The notes under the pieces are model-generated. The model saw nothing but the letters and a program-made list of their open reading frames with translations. It did no database searches and was not told where the DNA came from. Made by a program: the position numbers and the translations under genes. A stretch of DNA of 64,000 nucleotides. Source: Octopus sinensis (lineage: Eukaryota). The first letter of the stretch is position 1. The number at the start of each line of letters is the position of its first letter. The DNA is taken from contig NC_043003.1 in NCBI RefSeq assembly GCF_006345805.1, positions 744,001-808,000 on the forward strand. The letters are read 5' to 3'. Positions 14,195-26,349 of this stretch are shown piece after piece.

Positions 14195-14768
14195 AGGTGT
14201 TATTTTCCGTTCCGCAGGGTGTCCGACAATCACCTTGCTCACCAAGCAAGCTTGATGGGGTTGCCAGTTTAGTCGCTGATGACCTGATCATGCAACAGGT
14301 TGTACTGGGTTACATGTTACCAGTAGCACTCAATAGCGACCTGACAGAACTACCGTGTAGTCAACGGCCAATTCAACAAGTACCTTGTTGCGATGAAGTG
14401 CCTGTGTGCTCCAATGACCCAGAGAGCTCTGCTGGAGGGAGAGAAATATTCAGGCAGGTCTTACCAGGCCAGACAGGTCGAAGGGTAGGAGACAGACAAA
14501 ACCTTAACGGCAACAAATCAAAACGTCGGCAGCAGGGCATGGATTTAGTTTTTGGCAGGACCTAACAGATCAGATTCCTGGCTTTGAACTAGCAGGATGT
14601 CATCCAGAGAACCTTGAATACAAGACAACCAATGAGACCCTAATATTCCTAGTTAGATGGAAACTGCGGGATCACGTGGAGCAGTACCCTGTGACTCCTA
14701 TAGCATGCACAACCGAAACCCCATGAATAGGAGCGTCCTATGGGAAGACTTAGATGAGATGATGAGAT
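14195..14768 (+). mobile_element. Non-autonomous RTE-related element (RTE-like 5' UTR plus short-repeat tail)
   Basis: gtgtgctccaatgacccagagagctctgctgg...ccaggccagacaggtcgaagggtaggagacagacaaa resembles RTE 5' UTRs as I recall them; ends in gatgagatgatgaga; no RT coding in between. Confidence 0.45.
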
Positions 14769-15760
14769 TTATTCAATTGGATGTTTTTTGTCAAACCACT
14801 ATGTTATAGGGATGTAAACAAACCAATACCGTTTGTCAAATGGTGGTAGAGTGGGTACAAATACAGAGACATCAGCATCATTCACTGTCCCTTTTCCATG
14901 CTGGCATGGGTTGGATGGTTTGACAGGATCCAAAGAGTCAAAGGGCTGGGCCAAGCTCTAGTGTCTGCTTTCACAGGGTTTCTACTGCTGGATGCCCTTC
15001 CCAAACACTAATCATTTCACAGAGTGAACTGGGGCACTTTTTTCATGGTGTTAACACTGGTGAACTCGCCAAATACTCATAAGGCCCCCTTCAACTGAAG
15101 GGCTTCCACACAGCAGAGGGGGACTAAACCCAGGTAGATCTTCCTTTAGAAAACTGACATCAAATACCAGAGACACTGGAAGAGGACTGTATAGGTGTTG
15201 TTCTGTATTTATCCGTCAAATGTAAATAATGTAAATAATGTACAGTAGTTTTATTAAATATAAGTTATATTGCATTGTACAGGTGCACACATGGTTGTGT
15301 GGTTAAGAAGTTTGCTTCCCAGCCACATGGTTCTGGGTTCAGTTCCACTGCATGATACCTTGGGAAAGTGTCTTCCTACTATGGTCCTGCATCAACCAAA
15401 GCCTTGTGAATGGAATTGATAGAGGGAGACTTGCAAGTTGCAATGAAAGAACTTTTGACAACCAAAAACTGTTTCATCAAATTAAACAAACAATTGATTA
15501 GTTAACTGGATATTTAACCATTTGACTAAGAATAAAGGAGTGGAATTGAGTCAGTGTGTCATCATCATCATCATCATCATTGTTTAACGTCCGCTTTCCA
15601 TGCTAGCATGGGTTGGACGATTTTGACTGAGGGTTGGTGAACCAGACGGCCGCACCAGGCTCCAATCTTGATCTGGCAGAGTTTCTACAGCGTGTGTTAA
15701 TTATATTGGTTAGTTTGTTAATTATATTGACTCTCCTTAGACACAACAAAATTTCTTTTC

Positions 15761-15961
15761 AACACCTTTCAATGCCGTGTATGCTAGAAAGCTTGCAAAT
15801 CTAAGGGAGGCCTCAAAAGACATTTTAAGATCCACAAAGAACAGAACTTCACTGCAGTTCTTGCTGGTCCAAACCAGCCGTGCAATCTATGTGGGTGTCT
15901 TTCCAATACATTGTCTGGTTTAAAAAGCCACATCAGTCGCCATGATGAATCTAAGGTGTAA
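15761..15961 (+). pseudogene. Two C2H2 zinc fingers, probably the C-terminus of an RTE-type LINE ORF
   Basis: FQCRVC*KACKSKGGLKRHFKIH...PCNLCGCLSNTLSGLKSHISRH...*; one in-frame stop; a short 3' segment follows. Confidence 0.6.
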
Positions 15962-16416
15962 GTAGAAGAAGGGGTCAGACTCTGCAGAAGGAGTAGACAA
16001 CCACTGTGTGTGTGTGTGTGTTTATATCTACTTGTCTTGACATTACGTGATGGTTGTAAATAAGTATCACCATCATACAAGCAGTGTCGTTCATTTCAAA
16101 ATTCTGCAAAAACATGTCCAACCATGGAGGAGGGGGGGGATATTACCTTACTTGGAAACAGGTGAGGGTTGGTGACTGGAAAGGTATCCAGCTGTAGAAA
16201 ATGTACCTCAATAAATACCCTCTGACCCATGCAAGCATGGAAAAGTGAGCATTAACATGATGACAACAATGATGATGAGGATGATGATGAGGTGGATGAA
16301 GTAATCCTCCAATTCAATGGGGGAGATATTGTGCTGGTCGGCCAAATGATAGGATTGGAGATGAAAAGAAAATCCAGAATTTCTGGAGACTTGGATTGTG
16401 TCAGTTAAGGACACAG

Positions 16417-16648
16417 TTAACCCTTTCGATACCAACCTGGCTGAAAGCACCTCTGCCTCTGTAGTACAAATGTCTTGTTTTCAAAAGTTCTGCATCAAAA
16501 TCTTCCACCAAACCTTAGTCACAATTTATGTTCCTAACATTAGCTTAATGATAATTTAAGTTATTTTACTAAATTCTTTGTTCTATTTAAAATTAATTGA
16601 AAGAAACTCACAACATCTCAACAGAAATAATGGTAACAGAATGGTTAA
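16417..16648. mobile_element. piggyBac-like (TTAA) MITE
   Basis: ttaa-ccctttcgatacca ... tggtaacagaatgg-ttaa; inverted sister copy at 53495-53764 and partial copy at about 48531-48710. Confidence 0.8.
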
Positions 16649-17330
16649 AAGAGATAATTCAGAATGAAAGTAATTGAGACATCTGCGTAGGGTGGAAGTG
16701 CTGTCAACTAAGGTTTCCCTATTGAGTTTACGCCTGCTCTATACTTTCATATAAGGTGCTGCAAACATGCTTGAAAGAAGAGCTGTTCTCTGCGCGTGCA
16801 CACACTCACACACACACACATGTACACAAACAAATGCAGACACATGCAATACACCTATGCACTTATACACGCATCTTCTCATTATGCCGTGTTCACTGTT
16901 CCTACATTTGAAGTCAGCTGAACTTTGAAGAATCATGCTTGCCACCACAGACTCTATTTCTTTGTCAGCTGAAGGATATACCTGGATCCTTATCCGTCCA
17001 TGTAGCTCCCTACCTGTCTGTCTATCCATCTCTGTATGTATCTATCTATTTCTTTCTCTAAGTAAAGAGGGAATCATCATTCAGATGCCGCCATCATCAT
17101 CGTCATCATCATTGTCATCATCATCATCACAATCATCTCCCACAGCCACCTGCTGCTCTAGTGATAGCCAACACTTGATTAACTTACAACAACATACCTG
17201 ACATTCCCAAGAAGTGTCAGAAACACAAAATATCTTTACTGATATCCATTTTCATTGTCACTGCCCTTTTAAATCTTATATACATACATACATATATATA
17301 TATACATACATACATACATATATATATATG

Positions 17331-17456
<126 letters not shown>

Positions 17457-17481
17457 CATATAATATATATACATACATATA

Positions 17482-17553
<72 letters not shown>

Positions 17554-17556
17554 ATG

Positions 17557-17590
<34 letters not shown>

Positions 17591-18938
17591 GACATAAATA
17601 CATACACACACACACACTTTATGTGTGTATATATACATATAAATATATACATACATATACATATATATGTGTATGTATATATGGAGTGTGTGTGTGTGTC
17701 ACTGGAACTCTTGCTCACTATTAAGTAGAACAAAGCCAGGCATTCTTTTATGTGCGAGTGTGTGTGTGTGCGCGTGCGAAGAGATAGATAGATAGAGAGA
17801 AGCAGGCAGAGTAGCTGAGTGCTGTCACAAGGTTTACTGAACGTAATGTGCAAGGTAAACTTGTATATCCTTCATAAAATAACAGCCATATGTTTAATTT
17901 ACATTATATACAATATTTACAAGTGGACCAGAAAATTTGAGAGAGAGAGAGAAAGTGGCAGATATAGGAGAGAAGTGTGTTAGTAGAACACACTAAATAT
18001 AATTTCGACTAAGAGTGTACGATTATGTTTAAATTGATATAGTTATGGTGTTTATCTTTCCTGATTTAATTCTGTCTTTGTCTGTGTTGGCACATTGTGC
18101 CATAGGTAAGTGTGGTTTGGTGAAATAGTTGAGATGCCAGAGCAGGAAGCGGGGGAAATTAGAAGAAAAGAAAAACCAAAAAGGAAACCCTTCGTCTTCC
18201 GTTGTCAGACAAAACATTTCCCTCCAATTGGCACTGGATGATGCCAATTTAGATAGGAATGGATAAGTGGAGAGATAACCAGAGTGGAATGAAGTGGAGG
18301 AGCCAAACGAACTGCCTGAAAGAAGGAAAGGACAAGACGCGGGGGGGGGGGAATCAGAAAGGTGGGCAGGAAACATTAAGATGTATAAAGGGACTCGTTA
18401 CCAGTTCCCTCCGATTAAGATATATGTTTAATTAGTCAGGAAGGGATTTGAGAGTGAGAACATTTTTAATGTTTTGCACCCTAAGAATGACAGACATAAA
18501 GGATTTTAAATGGGAAAGAAGAGTGTTCATATAAGAAATAAGGTAACAGAAGAAAGGGGGTTGAAAGCAGCAGCCGTTTAGGAGAGAAATAAGGAAATGT
18601 TACGATGTACGGAATTGTTGAATTTGGAATGAGAGTGGGACAGTAAAATCTACGGGATTTGGGGGGGGGGAAACAAAGCAGCCAGGGGTGGGTTGGGGAG
18701 CTGCCAACGACTGAAGTTAGCTGAAGCATGGTTGGTGAGGTAATTAATGAGATAAATACAAGGAAAACAATTAGGGTCATTAGGGATAGTTGGTGAGACG
18801 TTGAAAGCAGGCCGAGAGATGGGTTCTGCGCTAGACCAACACTTAAACAGCGTAGAAGTGGGTGATATGACATGTCTGATGCAGAAATAATGTTAATAAA
18901 TGGATGTAATGAGAAAGACAATGAGGTGAAAATGTAGA

Positions 18939-19307
18939 GGTCACAGACTGATGGTCACAAACAGATTGTCATAGACTTATGGACACAAACCAATGGTCAC
19001 AAACTAATGGACACAGACTGAGGGACACAGACTGAGGGACACAAACCGATGGTCACAGACTGATGGACACAAACTAATGGACACAGACTGAGGGACACAG
19101 ACTGATGGTCACAGACTGATGGTCATAGACTTATGGACACAAACCGAAGGTCACAGACCGATGGACACAAACTGATGGACACAAACTGACAGACACAGAC
19201 TGATGGACACAAACCGATGGTCATAGACTGATGGACACAAACTGACGGTTGCAGACTGATGGTCATAGACTTATGGACACAAACCGATGGTCACAGACTG
19301 ATGGACA
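18939..19307. repeat. 14-bp minisatellite (consensus about gacacagactgatg), roughly 26 diverged units
   Basis: Directly visible tandem units with t/a and g/a variants. Confidence 0.9.
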
Positions 19308-20760
19308 AATTTTGAAACTTCTTGTGATCTTATGAAATTTAGTACAGAATAGATTTAAAATAGTTTATATACTGTTTTTTTCTTTTTTCTAGATGGCTAT
19401 ACAATCAGAGCCTCACCTAACCATATGCTTTGGTGGGGGGTGGGGATTTCAATGCTCAAATCTGTCCATATTATGCCACAATGGTAACAAATTAAGAATC
19501 TACTCAAGCACCAAAGTCTTTGAATGTGATCCTTGTCTTTTTCTCCCCATATACTGTTTTGCTCAAGAAGATGAAGACAACAAAGAAGATGACGAAAAAG
19601 ATGATGAAGAAGAAATGGATAAGGTGATTCTAGAAAGATTGAAGAATAATAAATGAAAGGCACTGAATTAGTAGAACTGACATTTTTTCTCTGTTTTCTG
19701 TTGAAACCAAAGATTGAAAGAAATCGGTGCCAAGTTCTTTAGAACCAAAAAATACAATAGATAGAATCCGTGTGACATGCTTACCAAGAAATGAGTGAGG
19801 TGAGACTGACGGCAGAATAGAGGAATCAATATGATGTTCTGTTAAATGGTTCTTCTGTGGAGAGAAAGAAACAACCGTATTAAAAGCAAATAAATAAATA
19901 TTGAAATAAATAAGTAAATAAAAATGTCACCATTGTTTCCAAAAATTCTAGCATGGTGGGTGGGAAGGAGGAGGACCTCCAAGATAATTACATTTTGTGG
20001 TTTTGTCTTTTTAGATTTTCTTTATTTTTTTTCTTGTACTTTTGTGCTCAATTGTTTTATTGTTTTTTCTTTGAGAATTGTCAACGATTTTTGTTTTTTA
20101 TTCTTATTTATGTTGTGCTGCTGGCTGTGAGTGATGGAGATTAAAGTCAAAGAATTCACATTGTGAAAGATTATTATATGAGTGAGTGAGTGAGTGTGTG
20201 TGAGTGTGTGTGAGAGAGAGACAGAGAGAAAGAGAGAGAAAAAGAGAGAGAAAGAGAGAAAAAGTGAGAGAGAGAGTGTAAGAGTGCGAGAGAGGATGTG
20301 TGTGTGTGTGTGTGTGCATGAGAGACAGAGAGAAAGAGAGAGAAAAAGTGAGAGAGAGAGTGTAAGAGTGTGAGAGAGGGTGTGTGTGTGTGTGTGTATG
20401 TGTGTGCGTTTGTGCATGAGAGGGAGAGAGAAAGAGAGAGAGAGAAAAAGTGAGAGAGAGAGGGGGTGTGTGTGTGAAAGAGAGAGAAAGAGAAAGAGAG
20501 AGAGAGAGAGAAAAAAAGAGAGAGAAAGAGAAAAAAGCGAGAGAAAGAGAGAGAGTGTAAGAGTGCGAGAGAGGGTGTGTGTGTGTGTGTGTGTGTGTGG
20601 AGAGAGAGAGAGAGAGTGAGTGTAAGTGTGCGAGAGAGGGTGTATGTGTGAGTGTGTGTGTGTGTGAGTGTGTGTGTGTGTGTGTGTGGAGAGAGAGAGA
20701 GAGAGTGAGTGTAAGTGTGCGAGAGAGAGTGTGTGTGTGTGTGTGTATGAGTGTATCTGA

Positions 20761-21248
20761 ACAGGAAGACAAAGGTTGAAGTCTTTAAGGTCTCTTGTCC
20801 CCTCTATTCTGCTCAATAGTTGTGAGAATTGGACATTGTCCAGGGTCCTTAGGAGTCACCTGAACTCTTTTGGAACCAGGACACTTTGCAAGATTATGAA
20901 ATGGCCATTGATTGGATTTTGTATCCAGCCAAAGACTCCATGCAGAAACTGGAATGCATCCTGTTGTTTGTACCATGTGGTTAGCGGCAGTTCAGACTAT
21001 TTGTCCATGTTGCTTGATTTCGCGAGTCGGACCCTGCTTATTGTGTTCCCCTTCAATGAGGATCTGTTTCGGCTGACAGCTTGTGCTAGTAGACCACATG
21101 CCACATGGTTGCGGCAGATGGAGAGGTATCTTGCAGAGATGGGGACTGACTTGGACTCTGCTCAATGGATCACTAGGGAGGACTCAGCGATATACTGACA
21201 AATGGGGAATGCACCAACATGCTGCAATGGTGTGAATGCCATACCTCA

Positions 21249-21250
<2 letters not shown>
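20761..21250 (+). pseudogene. Degenerate 3' fragment of an RTE-clade LINE ORF
   Basis: RSLVPSILLNSCENWTLSRVLRSHLNSFGTRTLCKIM...RPHATWLRQMERYL is typical of the post-RT RTE region; frameshifted. Confidence 0.7.
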
Positions 21251-21293
<43 letters not shown>

Positions 21294-21692
21294 TATATAT
21301 ATATATATCAGAGACAAGTTAAAAATAATGGTCATTACATATAATTTCTTTATTAGAGCAAATGTGGCTCACAGTCGTTTCCAGTGGTCCTCATGTGTAC
21401 ATTACTGATAGGTTTACTCAATTGGTCTATTGATCAACTGGGGAAAATTGAATGACCTAAGAAAATCAATACTAGTTTCATGGCATTATATATATATGTA
21501 TATATTTTTTTTTTTTTACGGAGTTTCTTGTCATGAAAGAAATGTTTCGATGCTTTGTTTATAATGATCAAAGGTTTGTTTTGGTCTTAAGTTCACTCCT
21601 TCCATTAAGTCGACATTACACATCCAGCGGATCATATATATACATACATATATATAAATATATATACATATATATATATACATACATATATA

Positions 21693-22045
21693 TGATGGCC
21701 ATCCACTCGTGACCGAGGAAGACCATTGCCAACCTTCAGGAACATTGTGCGCTCTAGGACTAACTTATATTTTGCATTTGAGGCTCCATTGGTGGCTAAT
21801 GAGCCCTGCTCTTGACAAGCATACACGACTGCAAACATTGCAGACCAAGCTTTCCCCATTCACTATACGAGCCCTGCGCTTTTGTGCAGCTCACTTAAGT
21901 TCTTCATGCTGGATATGTGCTCTCTCAAAAGTGTCGATCCCCTCCTTAACCTGCTTCCTCCATCTGTGGCGATGACAGGCATTGTTCTCCCAGTCAGTGT
22001 CCTGCATATCACAGGCCTTTAATAAGGACTTGACACAGTTCTTAA
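21693..22045 (-). pseudogene. Degenerate 3' end of an RTE/BovB-like LINE with a C-terminal zinc finger
   Basis: [46 protein letters not shown]...LVCNVCSRVCLSRAGLISH. Confidence 0.75.
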
Positions 22046-22411
22046 ATCGCAGCCTTGGTTTCTTCACATACATACATACATGTACATACACACATATACA
22101 TACACACACACGCACACGCACATACACACACACATACATACACACACACACATAATAGATATAGCATCTCCTTTTATCTGCTGGTGCCATGTAAAAAGCA
22201 CCCGGTCCACTCTGTAAAGTGGTTGGCATTAGAAAGGGCATCCAGCTGTGGAAACTATGCTGAAGCCAACATTGGGAGCTTGGTGCAGTCCCCTGGCCAA
22301 TCCATGCCAGCACAGAAGAAGGATGTTAACACCCACACATCAAGCACCAATGGGAGGGACAAACACAGACACACACAGATATATACATATGTATGTGTAT
22401 ATATACATATG

Positions 22412-22455
<44 letters not shown>

Positions 22456-22466
<11 letters not shown>

Positions 22467-22850
22467 ACACATACATAGCTATATATGTACATATATATAT
22501 TTACATACATATATATCATGATGACGATGATCATACATACATACATACATATACACTTCATTAAAATGCATAGTACACTACCGCTGGTATTCGAGTCCCT
22601 TTTCTTTCCACCTTTTCACATTTATGGGCTTACTCTGTTATATATATATAATATATTATATATATATATACACATACACACATACATAGCTATATATGTA
22701 CATATATATATTTACATACATATATATCATGATGACGATGATCATACATACATACATACATATACACTTCATTAAAATGCATAGTACACTACCGCTGGTA
22801 TTCGAGTCCCTTTTCTTTCCACCTTGTTTCACATTTATGGGCTTACTCTG

Positions 22851-22870
<20 letters not shown>
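22456..22870. repeat. Near-perfect tandem duplication, period about 211 bp, bounded by (TA)n
   Basis: Block atagctatatatgtac...tagtacactaccgctggtattcgagtccc...gggcttactctgtta occurs twice; matching ORF starts at 22485 and 22696. Confidence 0.9.
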
Positions 22871-22882
<12 letters not shown>

Positions 22883-23909
22883 TTCTCTCCTTGTTTCTCT
22901 CCTTTTTTTTGTGTCCCTTTCTGTAGAAGAGCGTATACTATTCCTGAGCGTTATACTAATACATCTGTTTGTTTTGTACACCACCTGTCTTCGTCTTTTG
23001 TTTTTTTCGTAGACTCTCCCTATATATATATATATACGCATACACACACGCACATACATATGTGCTTCTTTCAGTCTCTGTAGATGTATAACAAATTTAT
23101 TGTACATAAATTTTAACTGCAAAATCTTATATGAACCCCTAAGGGTCATATGTACCCTGGTTGAAAAGCCACAGGTTTAAACCATAATATGCAATGGTAT
23201 TATATATCAGTGTGGGGTTTCTCCCCCAACCTTCACACTCATCATCATTTTTGATGATGTGGTAAACCACCAGGCTCATCAGACTTAATTTCCACTCAGC
23301 TAAGACACTCAGAAATTGTTTCCGTAACCCGAGGCGTTTCTTTCCATTTTGTATTCCAAGAACAACAACAGCAACAACTGCCAAAAATACAACAAAAACC
23401 ATTACAAAGCCACCACCTTCCTTTATTGGTACGAATCTCTTGGATAAGAAAGTGTTAGATATTCTTAAAAGGAAGGTCAGTCAAAGATGCAAATTGATCA
23501 TAGGTCTGCTTGGTCAGGGTTGACCCGGGGCTAAACAATAATAGCAACCATAGATGCTGTGCTGCTGCCAGATGTAATAAAAATGGACCTTGCCAATATA
23601 TAAAACTATTTAAGTATTTTCTAATCTGGCAATGTTGTTAGTTATTTACACACACACACACACACACACACCTACATTCTTACACACACACTCACATGTA
23701 CGTTCATTCCAAACAATCCATTCACACACACACAAACAATATCTTTCATTTCAAACAATAGAACCTCAATGCCTACAGACACCAATTGTGACCTTTCACT
23801 CAAACAGTTAAAAACAAATAATGGCCTGCCATTGCCATTGCTATTATCATTATTATTATTATCATTATTATTATCATTATTATTATCATTATTATTATCA
23901 TTATTATTA

Positions 23910-23976
<67 letters not shown>

Positions 23977-24170
23977 GGCAGTGAGCGGACAGAATCATCA
24001 GCTGCTGGGTGAAATGCTTAGCAGTATTTTGTTTGCCTTTCATCCATTTGGAGTTGATTAAATAAGTACCAGTTATGTACTGGCGTCGATGTAATCGACT
24101 TAATCTGTTCTCCCAAATTTGAGGCCTTGTGCTTCCAGTAGAAAGAATCATCATCATTATTATTATTATT

Positions 24171-24562
24171 ACTCTTTTACTCTTTTACTTGTTTCAGTCA
24201 TTTGACTGCGGCCATGCTGGAGCACCGCCTTTAGTCGAACAAATCGACCTCGGGACTTATTCTTTGTAAGCCCAGTACTTATTCTATTAGTCTCTTTTGC
24301 CGAACCGCTAAGTGACGGGGACGTAAACACACCAGCATCGGTTGTCAGGCAATGTTAGGGGGACAAACACACACACACACATATACATATATATACATAT
24401 ATACGACAGGCTTCTTTCAGTTTCCGTCTACCAAATCCACTCACAAGGCATTGGTCGGCCCGGGGCTATAGCAGAAGACACTTGCCCAGGATGCCACACA
24501 GTGGGACTGAACACAGAACCATGTGGTTGGTTAGCAAGCTACTTACCACACAGCCACTCCTG
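24171..24562 (-). mobile_element. tRNA-derived SINE family A, full length
   Basis: Head with A/B-like boxes on the minus strand; tail of (agagtaaa) repeats. Confidence 0.85.
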
Positions 24563-24637
24563 TTATATATAATATTATATATAACAATATATATAATAAT
24601 ATATATAATAATATATATAATAATAATTATTATTATT

Positions 24638-24855
24638 AAGGTGGCAAGCTGACAGAATCGTTGGCACGCTGGGCGAAATGCTTAGCAGTATTTCATCTGC
24701 CACTATGTTCTGAGTTCAAATTCTGCTGAGGTCGACTTTGCCTTTCATCCTTTCGAAGTTGATAAATTAAGTACCAGTTGAATACTGGAGTTGATGTAAT
24801 CGATTTACCCCGTCCCACGAACTTGCTGGCCTTGTGCCAAAATTTGAAACCATTA
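24638..24855 (+). mobile_element. SINE family B
   Basis: Colinear with 5392-5605. Confidence 0.75.
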
Positions 24856-25364
24856 TTATTAATATTGCATTTTTTTCTTTTTTAAATTCTGGTACTTGTT
24901 CTATTAGTCTTTTTTTCTGAACACAGGGATGTAAACAAACCAACACTGCTTGTCAGGCACTGGGGGAGAGGACTCACTCATACACAAAGACACACACACA
25001 TATACATACACACACACACACTCAATAAGGTTGCGCAGATTCTGTCTACCACATCCTCTCTCAAGGCATGGGTTGACTCAGGGATGTAGCAGAAGGCACA
25101 TGCCCAAGGTGCCTCATTATGGAACTAAATTTGAAACTACAGGTAAGTGTGCTTGTCCCCAACTGCTTATCAACTGGTGTTGGTCTGTTTACCTCCCTAT
25201 AACCTAGCAGTTTAACAAAAGAGATTGATGGAACTGATTTGTTTGACTAAAAAACCTTTCAAGGCCATGCTGCAGCATGGCCACGGTCCAATGATTGAAA
25301 CGAGCAAAAGTTAAAAATTACATGGGTAAATATTACATATACCCTATCTATAATCTTATTATAT

Positions 25365-25422
<58 letters not shown>

Positions 25423-25430
25423 ACTTATAA

Positions 25431-25823
25431 TAGGCACAGGAATGGCTGTGTGGTAAGTAGCTTACTTACCAACCACATACTTCTGGGTTCAGTCCCACTG
25501 TTTGGCATCTTGGGGAAGTGTCTTCTACTATAGCCTTGGGCTGACCAAAGCCTTGACAGCAGATTTGGTAGATAGAAACTGAAAGAAGCCCATCGTATAT
25601 ATATGTGTGTATATGTGTGTGTGTCTATGTTTGTCCCCCCCCCCCACCATTGCTTGACAACTGATGTTGGTGTGTTTACATACCCGTAACTCAGGAGTTC
25701 GGCAAAAGAGATCGATAGAATAAGTACTAGGCTTACGAAGAATAAGTCCTGGGGTCGATTTGTTCAACTAAAAGGCGGTGCTCCAGCATGGCTGCAGTCA
25801 AATGACTGAAGCAAGTAAAAGAG
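25431..25823 (+). mobile_element. tRNA-derived SINE family A
   Basis: ggcacaggaatggctgtgtggtaagtagc...gggttcagtcccac...gaagcaagtaaaagag. Confidence 0.85.
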
Positions 25824-26108
25824 TATATATTATTATTATGATATAATATATTATTATATGCGATATATTTATTATGTAATAAATAGATAACAGATGAATC
25901 TAGTTATTCCTCTGTGATTGTGTTTCCATCTGTCTCTGAACATGTAGAAAATGAACCACATGCAGCAGCCAGAAATGCAGTCAGGCTTAGACGCACACAT
26001 TCACACGCTCAACATACACATGTTGCACAAGCACATGGATTCACATGAGAAACACACATGTAAGCAGACATACATAGAGGCATATGCACACTCACACTTA
26101 TATATATG

Positions 26109-26143
<35 letters not shown>

Positions 26144-26295
26144 GACACACACAAACAGGCATACACACATACACACTCACATATGCACACATGTATATAC
26201 ACACATATGTAGACTCATACACAAGCACACACATGCACAAGCACACACACACACACACATATATACAAGTACACACAAGCACACACACAAGCACT

Positions 26296-26349
<54 letters not shown>

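Noticed and set aside
18029-18930. Purine-rich unique region with minus-strand ORFs as a LINE endonuclease fossil
   Set aside because: No motif was clear enough to support the call.
19393-19656. 87-aa ORF with an acidic tail (EDEDNKEDDEK) as a host exon
   Set aside because: The acidic part is low-complexity GAA/GAT sequence, there is no recognisable family, and the internal splice sites are weak.
25431-25510. tRNA gene
   Set aside because: It has A/B-box-like motifs but is the head of a multi-copy SINE with no complete cloverleaf.
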